Part shown: positions 28,464-36,642 of the stretch, in pieces | Layout: each line of letters begins with the position of its first letter | How positions within the stretch are numbered: position 1 is the stretch's first letter | Origin: Candidatus Omnitrophota bacterium | GTDB lineage: Bacteria; Omnitrophota; Gorgyraeia; Tantalellales; Tantalellaceae | Direction: 5' to 3' | NCBI GenBank assembly: GCA_049642065.1 | Contig: JBAROK010000032.1 | Span: 4,100-68,099, forward strand | Length of the DNA: 64,000 nucleotides | Position numbers and translations under genes: made by a program | The notes under the pieces: model-generated | The model's input: only the letters and a program-made list of their open reading frames with translations | Database searches by the model: none | Told to the model about the DNA's origin: nothing

Positions 28464-30026
28464 ATGGGTAACAAGATACGAGATTCATGGGGATCCCGAT
28501 TAGGGGTCATTATGGCGGTTGCGGGTTCTGCCGTAGGATTGGGGAACTTCCTTCGCTTTCCTGTTCAGGCGGCAAAGAACGGCGGCGGAGCTTTCATGAT
28601 ACCGTATTTTATCGCTCTACTTTTAGTAGGGATACCACTGATGCTGATAGAGTGGTCAATCGGGCGTTACGGCGGAGGATTCGAACATTCAACAGCGCCT
28701 GGAGTGTTCAATAGCTTGTGGCGAAAGAACCGGTTTATCAAGTATTTTGGTGTTATCGGTATATTTGGACCTCTCGTCATAATGATCTACTACACTTATA
28801 TCGAGTCGTGGACTCTTGCCTACAGCTTTTTCGCTCTTGTTCAAAAATATTCGGGCATAACCGACCAGGCTTCCATGCAGGCTTTTTTGAGGGGGTTCCA
28901 AGGGCTTGAGAAGAACCAGTATTTTTCGAATATATGGCCGGCATACACATTCTTTATCATCACTTTCGTCGTCAATATGGTAGTGCTGGGACACGGCATA
29001 AGGGGAGGCATAGAACGTTTTTGTAAGTTCGCTATGCCTACGCTATTGATATTCGGTGTTATTCTTACCATACGAGTTCTTACTCTAGGGACTCCGGATG
29101 CTGCCAGACCCGACTGGAGCATAGTCAACGGGCTGGGATACTTGTGGAACCCTGATTTCAGCCAACTCAAAAGCGCAAAAATATGGCTTGCCGCTACCGG
29201 TCAGATATTTTTCACATTGAGCGTAGGGATGGGAGTGATCCTGACATATGCCAGTTATCTTTCAAAGGGTGATGACGTAGCGCTTTCCGGGCTTACTGCT
29301 GTTAGCATGAACGAATCCGCCGAAGTACTGCTCGGCGGCAGTATCATCATACCGGCGGCGTTTGCTTTTTTTGGACCACTGGCAATAGGGGCGATAGCCA
29401 ATTCGGGGGCCTTCAATCTAGGGTTCGTAACGATGCCGCTTATTTTGCAGCAAATGCCGTTCTCAGAACTCTTCGGATTTCTATGGTTCGGGTTATTGTT
29501 CTTAGCAGGTGTTACCTCGTCTGTTTCAATGGCCCAGCCGGCTATCGCGTTTCTTGAGGACGAGTTTGATATCTCAAGAAAAAAAGCTGTAGCACTGTTC
29601 GGCGTAGTGACATTCACGTTGTGTAACGGAGCTATTTTCTTTCTGGGAAAAGGCGTGGTCGATGAGCTGGATTTCTGGGGTGGTACGTTCTGTCTGGTGC
29701 TTTTTGCTACAGTCGAAGTGATCCTCTTTGGATGGATATTCGGGATAAACAAAGCGTGGGAAGAAGTGCATCACGGAGCAGACCTTAAAATCCCGGGTAT
29801 ATATAAACATATTATTAAGTACGTGACGCCGTTATTTTTGCTTATAGTTCTAGCTGCGTGGTTTTTTCAGGAATGGCTGCCGATAATACGCATGGACAAT
29901 GTGCCTGCTGAGAACAGGGTATATATAATGGCGACACGTGTTGGTTTGTGTTTGATATTCCTCATATTGGCCGTAATGGTAAAGATAGCCTGGCGCAAAA
30001 AGAAGATAAAGGGGAAGAAGATATGA
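28464..30026 (+). CDS. Neurotransmitter:sodium symporter (NSS/SNF, LeuT-fold) family transporter.
   Basis: The N-terminus SRLGVIMAVAGSAVGLGNFLRFP is the NSS TM1 signature. About 11-12 TM segments. Confidence 0.9.
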   Translation: MGNKIRDSWGSRLGVIMAVAGSAVGLGNFLRFPVQAAKNGGGAFMIPYFIALLLVGIPLMLIEWSIGRYGGGFEHSTAPGVFNSLWRKNRFIKYFGVIGIFGPLVIMIYYTYIESWTLAYSFFALVQKYSGITDQASMQAFLRGFQGLEKNQYFSNIWPAYTFFIITFVVNMVVLGHGIRGGIERFCKFAMPTLLIFGVILTIRVLTLGTPDAARPDWSIVNGLGYLWNPDFSQLKSAKIWLAATGQIFFTLSVGMGVILTYASYLSKGDDVALSGLTAVSMNESAEVLLGGSIIIPAAFAFFGPLAIGAIANSGAFNLGFVTMPLILQQMPFSELFGFLWFGLLFLAGVTSSVSMAQPAIAFLEDEFDISRKKAVALFGVVTFTLCNGAIFFLGKGVVDELDFWGGTFCLVLFATVEVILFGWIFGINKAWEEVHHGADLKIPGIYKHIIKYVTPLFLLIVLAAWFFQEWLPIIRMDNVPAENRVYIMATRVGLCLIFLILAVMVKIAWRKKKIKGKKI

Positions 30027-30127
30027 AGCCGTTCGGCTGGATATTTATGACAGTCTCGTGGGTGATTATAACAGGACTGGTGATTTTTTGCTTCAGGAAG
30101 ATATTTGCTAAGAAACAGTTGGACTAA
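30023..30127 (+). CDS. 34-aa single-TM micro-protein translationally coupled to the NSS transporter (MetS-like small subunit candidate).
   Basis: Not in the ORF track. Its ATG overlaps the transporter stop (ATATGA). It encodes MKPFGWIFMTVSWVIITGLVIFCFRKIFAKKQLD, one TM helix with a basic tail. Confidence 0.4.
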   Translation: MKPFGWIFMTVSWVIITGLVIFCFRKIFAKKQLD

Positions 30128-30300
30128 TGCTTTCCGTTGTGCTCGGAAAGGGAGCGAAACCCTCGATTTTTTGTCTCCTGCAACAAAATTCCATATATTT
30201 TTTGCATTTTATAGAATTATGATATAATATTATGATATATATACCTATATATAAATATAATATGGTGTATGTACATTTCGCGCAAAGAAAGGAGGCGCAA

Positions 30301-30534
30301 ATGGAAAGAGATGTAGCAGTATTCGAAAAGAACAAATATCAGGATGTAAAGATACGCATATCTGAATATCAGGGGAATGACGTAATCGACATCCGAATAT
30401 GGACTCAACCTCCTCAGGGAGACGAGAAGGTCCCGACTGGAAAAGGCATAAACATCAATGTTCGACTTTTTCCAAGACTCAAGGAAGCAATCGATAAACT
30501 TGAGAAGGATCTTAAAGAAGCAAACATGATGTAA
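30301..30534 (+). CDS. PC4/YdbC-like ssDNA-binding family protein (bacterial transcriptional coactivator p15-like).
   Basis: The ISEYQGNDVIDIRIW....G...PTGKGINI pattern is typical of YdbC/PC4. The ATG at 30301 has an AAAGGAGG SD. The upstream extension in the track ORF runs through a low-complexity AT repeat. Confidence 0.55.
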   Translation: MERDVAVFEKNKYQDVKIRISEYQGNDVIDIRIWTQPPQGDEKVPTGKGININVRLFPRLKEAIDKLEKDLKEANMM

Positions 30535-30627
30535 TTCCCATTACATGGATGATTGCACATATTCTTTATCCCTAAGGAAAGAAGATCCTAGCAGTACATA
30601 GTAGGAACACAAAACGCTGGAAACTTA

Positions 30628-31074
30628 ATGGATAACATGGAACACGGCGAGAAAAGACGATTTATAAGACACCTTCTCGTAAACCCTCTTGAATTCAAAA
30701 TATCCGACGCAGAACATTTCGAGAAGACGGAAACCGTTAATGTCAGCGAAGGAGGGCTTCTATTCCTCTCAAAAAAGAGGGTGGAGCCGGGTACTTTCAT
30801 ACAGTTGCAGATGCCGCTGTATGACAAGGTTTTCAAGATAAAAGCCAAAGTCGTTCATATCGAGAAAGACGAAACGACAGGGATGGAGAAGATAGGTGTA
30901 GCGTTCGTAAATTACGCGGATGCTTTCAAGGTAAAGCTTATCGAACAGATTTATCTCATTGAAGAATATCGCGTCCTGCGGTCTCTTCAACTGGGCAGAG
31001 AAATGACCCTTCAAGAAGCTTCCCGGGAATGGATCAAAAGATATTCTGAAAGGTTTGAGAAGCTATATTGGTAA
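30628..31074 (+). CDS. PilZ-domain (c-di-GMP-binding) protein.
   Basis: RRFIRH...... then N.SEGGLLF, i.e. the RxxxR and D/NxSxGG PilZ motifs. Confidence 0.7.
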   Translation: MDNMEHGEKRRFIRHLLVNPLEFKISDAEHFEKTETVNVSEGGLLFLSKKRVEPGTFIQLQMPLYDKVFKIKAKVVHIEKDETTGMEKIGVAFVNYADAFKVKLIEQIYLIEEYRVLRSLQLGREMTLQEASREWIKRYSERFEKLYW

Positions 31075-31235
31075 GGTCCTCTGGTTTCCCCAAAAAACCG
31101 TTAAAATCCTCTAAGCTGTACAAAGATATTTTTCCCTTATAAAATTTTATCACCACTATATTGTGTGGATTGACACATATACCGCTCTATATAATGTGGA
31201 CTTTCTAAAACGGTTTAGAAAGTAGCAATAAACCG

Positions 31236-31264
31236 TTGACAAGGTTTTTAAGGTGGTGTATACT
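31236..31264 (+). promoter_or_regulatory. Consensus-like sigma70 promoter TTGACA-17-TATACT for the dcw cluster (PmraZ).
   Basis: Hexamers at 31236-31241 and 31259-31264. An inverted repeat AACGGTTTA / TAAACCGTT (31208-31236) abuts the -35. A second TTGACA lies at 31170. Confidence 0.6.
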
Positions 31265-31298
31265 TTGATAAGAGTGGGATAAAGTGGAGGTAAGTGGA

Positions 31299-31736
31299 GT
31301 GTTTTACGGAGAATATTTACATAATCTTGATAAGAAGAATCGTCTGATTGTACCGGCAAAGTTCCGCGATGTTATCGGGGAAAAGGGTATAGAGAAATTC
31401 TATATTAACCGGGGCCTGGACGAGTGTCTTTTCATGTTTCCTGAAAGCGAATGGAAAGCTCAGGAAAGCAGGTTCAGGGAGATGTCTTTCACCAAAAGCG
31501 AAGTAAGAAAATTCAGCCGCTTGTTCTTTGCTGGAGCTGTTGAAGTTGTACCGGACAAGCAGTGGCGGATACTTATCCCGGATTATTTGAAAGAATATGC
31601 TAACCTCTCCAGGAACATAATGGTAATAGGCGTTTCCAGTCGCATTGAGATCTGGGATAAGCAGAAGTGGGAAGAGTTCTATAAATATTCGAAACAGAAT
31701 TATGAGGAAATAGCCGAGAGACTAATAGACGTTTAA
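31299..31736 (+). CDS. mraZ: Transcriptional regulator MraZ.
   Basis: FYGEYLHNLDKKNRLIVPAKFR and a second DUF199 repeat. The GTG at 31299 matches the conserved MF.G N-terminus. An alternative GTG lies at 31284. Confidence 0.85.
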   Translation: MFYGEYLHNLDKKNRLIVPAKFRDVIGEKGIEKFYINRGLDECLFMFPESEWKAQESRFREMSFTKSEVRKFSRLFFAGAVEVVPDKQWRILIPDYLKEYANLSRNIMVIGVSSRIEIWDKQKWEEFYKYSKQNYEEIAERLIDV

Positions 31737-31761
31737 AGCGCTTTAATATAGGGGGGTCAGG

Positions 31762-31953
31762 ATGTATAGAAGATATGCCGTGAAGTTAAATAAGAAGCAA
31801 GTGGAGTTCATTAATTGCGTCAATATGGTTGAACGCATTAAAAAAGCGAGAGCTCTTCCTTCCGGTATCGCACATCTTGGCGTGAAGAGGTATGTGGTTT
31901 CTTCTGCCGGACTGGGGAAACAGACATATATAACTGTCAAAGATTGTGAATAA
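31762..31953 (+). CDS. Small basic hypothetical protein (63 aa) inserted between mraZ and rsmH.
   Basis: GGGGGG SD 5 nt upstream of the ATG. No family recognised. Confidence 0.3.
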   Translation: MYRRYAVKLNKKQVEFINCVNMVERIKKARALPSGIAHLGVKRYVVSSAGLGKQTYITVKDCE

Positions 31954-32003
31954 GAGTACGCTATTTTTTGTTCGCCCAAAACAGTGAAAACGGAGGGCCT
32001 GTT

Positions 32004-32189
32004 ATGAAGAAAAAATATTTACAGGCATGTGAAGTAAACGGTTCGATTTATGGCAAGAAGCGTACGACTGACAGAAAAGGCTCCGTTGAAAAGAAACGTG
32101 GAGACAGCGGGGATATGATATCTTCCTATACTAAGTTTTATAGAAGTCAGGTTTCTGCCATGTACAAGGTTCTTCACAGAGACAGGTAA
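32004..32189 (+). CDS. Small very basic hypothetical protein (61 aa) inserted between mraZ and rsmH.
   Basis: GGAGGG SD 5 nt upstream of the ATG. K/R-rich with a disordered look. Confidence 0.3.
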   Translation: MKKKYLQACEVNGSIYGKKRTTDRKGSVEKKRGDSGDMISSYTKFYRSQVSAMYKVLHRDR

Positions 32190-32204
32190 TGGAAAGGATC
32201 CCCC

Positions 32205-33080
32205 TTGCATCTTCCGGTTCTATTATGCGAAGTTTTAGAATATCTTTGCCCTGAGCCCGGGGATGTGATCCTTGACGGTACTCTAGGAGGAGGGGGGCAT
32301 GCCGTCCAGATAATTGAGAAGATAGCTCCTGGCGGCAAGCTTATAGGGATAGACAGGGATCCGGAAGCCATCGAGAGGATAATCCAGAAGTTCGGGAACC
32401 AGGGAATATTCGTTAATGATGATTTCCGCGGCGTTGATCGTATTTTGAAGGAGGTAGGGGCCGACTTGATCGACGGCGCGGTATTTGACCTGGGAGTATC
32501 CTCGTACCAGATCGATGACGGACGGAGGGGATTCAGTTTTTTAAAAGATGGACCGTTGGACATGCGGTTCGACGCGAGTAAAGGGATATCCGCGGAAAAA
32601 GTGGTCAACGAGTTCGGCAAGGAAGAGCTTGCGGACATAATAAAAACATACGGAGAAGAAAGACATGCCAAACTTGTGGCCGGAGCTATTTGCTCAGAAA
32701 GAAGAAAAAAGAGAATCGGTACCACAGGTGATCTTGTTGATGTTATTCGCCGGGCGGTAGGGCGTAAATATACTAGGCAGCGCATACATCCAGCGGCAAG
32801 GACTTTTCAGGCGCTGAGGATCTTTGTCAATGACGAGCTTGGGTCCGTGGAGGAAGCCGTGAAGAGGACTCTTCTTCATCTTCGTCCAGAAGCGAGGATA
32901 TGCGTAATATCGTTTCATTCGCTTGAGGACAGGATCGTCAAGAATATCTTCAGGGATGCCGCTAAGGCTGGAGAGGTGAGATTAGTGACCAAAAAACCGG
33001 TCTCTCCTTCTAAGGAGGAGGTTCGGTCAAATCCAAGGTCAAGAAGCGCAAAACTGCGCGTTGCGGAAAGATTGTCATGA
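32205..33080 (+). CDS. rsmH: 16S rRNA (cytosine1402-N4)-methyltransferase RsmH.
   Basis: HLPVLL.EVL, DGTLGGGGH and GVDRILKEVGADLID motifs. TTG start. Confidence 0.9.
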   Translation: MHLPVLLCEVLEYLCPEPGDVILDGTLGGGGHAVQIIEKIAPGGKLIGIDRDPEAIERIIQKFGNQGIFVNDDFRGVDRILKEVGADLIDGAVFDLGVSSYQIDDGRRGFSFLKDGPLDMRFDASKGISAEKVVNEFGKEELADIIKTYGEERHAKLVAGAICSERRKKRIGTTGDLVDVIRRAVGRKYTRQRIHPAARTFQALRIFVNDELGSVEEAVKRTLLHLRPEARICVISFHSLEDRIVKNIFRDAAKAGEVRLVTKKPVSPSKEEVRSNPRSRSAKLRVAERLS

Positions 33081-33439
33081 GGATGCATAAAACAATAACG
33101 ATGGGTCTAGTTGTTACGGTAATGGCCATAGGCTATGTGCACCAGCAGGTGGAGATAGTCAAGGCCGGATACTCTCTGCAGAAGAGCAGGAAGCACCTCT
33201 CATGCCTCGTTGACCAGAATTCTAAGTTAATGTATAATTTATCAAAGTTGGAATCCCCCAGGAATCTTCTGACTTCGCTGAACGGGGAAGAAATAGAATT
33301 CGCGAGCAACAAGATAAGGCGGACAAACAGTTACCAGATCGCTCAAGCCGATTCGAGTGATGGTGATGCCAGTCAAAGTATTATCGGCAAGTTCCTGGAT
33401 CTATTTACCGTGAATGCCGAAGCGAAGCCCCGTGAATAA
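33077..33439 (+). CDS. ftsL: Cell division protein FtsL-like (bitopic).
   Basis: Single TM helix followed by a coiled-coil, at the canonical position between rsmH and ftsI. Confidence 0.65.
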   Translation: MRMHKTITMGLVVTVMAIGYVHQQVEIVKAGYSLQKSRKHLSCLVDQNSKLMYNLSKLESPRNLLTSLNGEEIEFASNKIRRTNSYQIAQADSSDGDASQSIIGKFLDLFTVNAEAKPRE

Positions 33440-33468
33440 TACAGCGTATACAACCGTTATGAGGGACG

Positions 33469-35172
33469 ATGTTCAGGGCACGCCAATATTTGGTATTTAT
33501 CTTTTTAATAACACTTCTATTATCCCTGTTTTTCAGGCTTTTCTATCTGCAGGTCCTCAATTTCGAAAGGTTCACTGAACTTGCTTCCGGACAGCATAAC
33601 AAGGTTCTTAAAATAGAGCCCCGTAGAGGGGCTATTTTCGACAGGTACTTAGAGCCTTTGGCGATAAATCTTGATGTACCGAGTGTTTACTGTGATCCGC
33701 GTAACGTTAAAGATCCGGAACGGACAGCAGACGTATTAGTGGAAGTACTGGGTGTGGATCGCGATACGGTCCTGGAAAGGATCAAAAGAGACAAGGTCTT
33801 TGTCTGGATAAAACGTAAAATAGACCCTTCCGAAGCAGAAGTCCTGAAAAAAGCGGACCTTAACGGGATATATTTCCTCACTGAAAGCAAAAGGAGCTAC
33901 GGTAACGATAACATGGCCTCGCATGTCGTGGGGTTCGTGGGTATAGACAATAATGGGCTTGAGGGGCTTGAACTTCTCTTTGACGAGCAGCTTAGAGGTA
34001 AACCCGGTTGGAGGCACCTGGTAAGGGATGCTAAAAGAAGAACGGTTCTTTTTAACGAAAAGGAATCTATCCCGGCCCAGAACGGGCACAATCTTGTACT
34101 TACGATCGATAGTGTCATACAATACATAACCGAAGAAGAGCTAAAGAAAGCGGTAGAAAAATACAACGCTTCAAGCGCTTCAGCGATTGTGATGGATCCA
34201 TTTACGGGCAAGATCCTGGCCATGGCGAATTATCCTGATTACGATCTTAACGAGTATTCAGAAACGCCCAGTGATATCATGAAGAACCTTGCTGTCATGA
34301 GCGTCTATGAGCCTGGTAGCGTTTTCAAGATAGTTACTGCAAGCGCGGCACTGGAAGAAGGTGTGGTCGATCTTGAGGAGGAGATTTACTGCGAGAACGG
34401 GGAATATAAGGTAGGGGGCAGGATCCTGCACGATTTTCACCAGTACAAGGATCTTCCTTTCAGGGAAGTGGTGTCAAAGTCGAGTAATATAGGTACGGTG
34501 AAGATAGCAGAACGTCTTGGCAAGGATAAGGTATATGATTATATAGAAAAGTTCGGGTTCGGAGAGAAGACCGGAATAGACTTGCCCGGAGAAAGCGGTG
34601 GCATCAGCCGACCACCGAGAGTGTGGTCGCGTAGCGATATCACAACCATACCTATAGGTCAGGGTATAGCTGTCACTCCTTTGCAGATGACCTGCGCAAT
34701 GAGCGTGATAGCTAACGGCGGATATTTTGTTAGGCCATACGTAGTAGAACGGATAACTACGTGGGAGGGTGAGACCCATAAGGAATTCTTTACGCAGGGA
34801 AAACGAAGGCTTCTGAGCGAAGAAACTTGTGAAGAAATGAAAGATGCCTTAAGTCATGTTGTCTCCAGCGGTACTGGCAGGCGTGCAAGCTCCAAGTTGT
34901 TCGAAGTATGTGGTAAAACGGGTACCGCTCAGATGGTCCGGCCAGAAGGTGGGTATTACGAGAATAAGTATAACGCTACATTTGTTGGGTTCGCACCCAA
35001 GGAAAACCCCGTTGTGACTATTTTAGTAACAGCGCGAGACCCGCACCCGGTGCATTTTGGCGGCAGTGTAGCAGGTCCTGCGTTCAAAAAAATAGCCGAA
35101 GGTTCGATTCAGTATCTCGGATCCGGTAAAACCAATAAAGTTAAAGTGCTTAGCAAGGACGAAAAACAATAA
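33469..35172 (+). CDS. ftsI: Peptidoglycan D,D-transpeptidase FtsI (PBP3, class B).
   Basis: N-terminal TM and PBP dimerisation domain. SVFK (SxxK), SSN and KTGTAQ motifs. Confidence 0.9.
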   Translation: MFRARQYLVFIFLITLLLSLFFRLFYLQVLNFERFTELASGQHNKVLKIEPRRGAIFDRYLEPLAINLDVPSVYCDPRNVKDPERTADVLVEVLGVDRDTVLERIKRDKVFVWIKRKIDPSEAEVLKKADLNGIYFLTESKRSYGNDNMASHVVGFVGIDNNGLEGLELLFDEQLRGKPGWRHLVRDAKRRTVLFNEKESIPAQNGHNLVLTIDSVIQYITEEELKKAVEKYNASSASAIVMDPFTGKILAMANYPDYDLNEYSETPSDIMKNLAVMSVYEPGSVFKIVTASAALEEGVVDLEEEIYCENGEYKVGGRILHDFHQYKDLPFREVVSKSSNIGTVKIAERLGKDKVYDYIEKFGFGEKTGIDLPGESGGISRPPRVWSRSDITTIPIGQGIAVTPLQMTCAMSVIANGGYFVRPYVVERITTWEGETHKEFFTQGKRRLLSEETCEEMKDALSHVVSSGTGRRASSKLFEVCGKTGTAQMVRPEGGYYENKYNATFVGFAPKENPVVTILVTARDPHPVHFGGSVAGPAFKKIAEGSIQYLGSGKTNKVKVLSKDEKQ

Positions 35173-35173
35173 T

Positions 35174-36628
35174 ATGAATGAAACTTTGGATCATTTGATC
35201 AGTGTGGGATTTCTTAAGAAGGGAAACATCAAAACGGATTCCCGGAGGGTTAATAGCGGAGATGTGTTCGTTGCTATAAAAGGAACAGCGAATGATGGAC
35301 ATGATTATGTTGCCGAGGCTTTAGCAAAAGGTGCCGCGTTTGTGTTATGTAACCGTGATGTGCAGGGGCTATCGGAGACGGATCGTGGCAGAATATTGTT
35401 CGTAAAAGATACGCGCGAAGCGTTAGGGGATACGGCTAGCCGTGTTTATGGTGATCCTTCCGGGGAACTTAAGGTTTACGGAGTAACCGGAACTAACGGT
35501 AAGACGAGTACAATATTTCTTATAGACGGGATACTTAACAAGATGGGTAAGCCTAGTGGGCTTATAAGCACTGTGTTCACAAAGACTGCAGATGATTCGA
35601 TAGTGCGTTCGTCCATGACTACCCCGGATGTTCTGTCTCTAAACCGTTTGCTTTCAGAGATGGTCGCGGGGTGGAAACAGGCCGCAGCAGTTGAAGTTTC
35701 AAGCCATGCTCTTGACCAGAAGAGGATATGGGGGGTAAAACTGGATAGCGCTGTATTCACAAATATAACCCCGGAACACTTGGATTACCATAGAGATATG
35801 GTCACGTATCTCAGCGACAAATCCCGGATATTTGAGTACCTTAAGCCAGGAGGTATTGGCGTGTTAAACCGGGATGATCCTATGGTTATTGGGCTTAAGG
35901 ATAAAATAGACTTGCCGCATCTTGTAACGTTCGGTCTGGGAGAGGAAGCGGACGTTAGAGCCGACAACATAATTTTATCTGCTGAAGGTGCCGAATTTGA
36001 CTTAGTAACAAAAGATATTGGCACAGCACATGTAAAAACGCCGCTTATCGGCAGGCATAACGTGTATAACATATTGGCGGCCATAACGGCTTTAGTGAAC
36101 AGCGGACTTAACGCGGATGATATGGCACGGGGGATAGAATACGCAAGTCCGGTTCCTGGTCGTCTGGAAGCTATAGATTCGGCAGCGCCCTTCAGGACTT
36201 TTGTGGATTATGCGCATACGCCCAACGCTTTGGAGAATGTGTTAGGGTGCCTGCGTTGTTTGGCAAGAGATCGTCTTATCTGTGTTTTTGGGTGTGGAGG
36301 AGACAGAGACAAGACTAAGCGGCCTGTAATGGGACAGATAGCGGCGGATATTTGTGATATGGTAATAATTACTAGTGATAACCCAAGAACAGAAGATCCG
36401 ATGGATATAATAAGCGATATAGAAAAGGGAGTGCTTAATAAAAGTAACTATAGTATAATGGGACAAAGGCAGGACGCTATAAGAGAGGCTCTAGGAACGG
36501 CTAAAGACGGCGATATCGTGGTTATAGCCGGGAAAGGGCACGAGGATTACCAAATCATAGGCGATAGGGTCACGCATTTCGACGACAGGGAAGTAGCGCG
36601 CGAAGTTCTTAAAGAATTGGGATATTAA
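35174..36628 (+). CDS. murE: UDP-MurNAc-L-Ala-D-Glu:meso-DAP ligase MurE.
   Basis: GVTGTNGKTS P-loop. The DNPR motif indicates meso-DAP specificity. Confidence 0.9.
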   Translation: MNETLDHLISVGFLKKGNIKTDSRRVNSGDVFVAIKGTANDGHDYVAEALAKGAAFVLCNRDVQGLSETDRGRILFVKDTREALGDTASRVYGDPSGELKVYGVTGTNGKTSTIFLIDGILNKMGKPSGLISTVFTKTADDSIVRSSMTTPDVLSLNRLLSEMVAGWKQAAAVEVSSHALDQKRIWGVKLDSAVFTNITPEHLDYHRDMVTYLSDKSRIFEYLKPGGIGVLNRDDPMVIGLKDKIDLPHLVTFGLGEEADVRADNIILSAEGAEFDLVTKDIGTAHVKTPLIGRHNVYNILAAITALVNSGLNADDMARGIEYASPVPGRLEAIDSAAPFRTFVDYAHTPNALENVLGCLRCLARDRLICVFGCGGDRDKTKRPVMGQIAADICDMVIITSDNPRTEDPMDIISDIEKGVLNKSNYSIMGQRQDAIREALGTAKDGDIVVIAGKGHEDYQIIGDRVTHFDDREVAREVLKELGY

Positions 36629-36642
36629 GGTGTTCACCCAAC

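Noticed and set aside
31968-32189. TTG-initiated 73-aa version of the second small ORF between mraZ and rsmH.
   Set aside because: The internal ATG at 32004 has a GGAGGG SD at 5-nt spacing. The TTG start has none.
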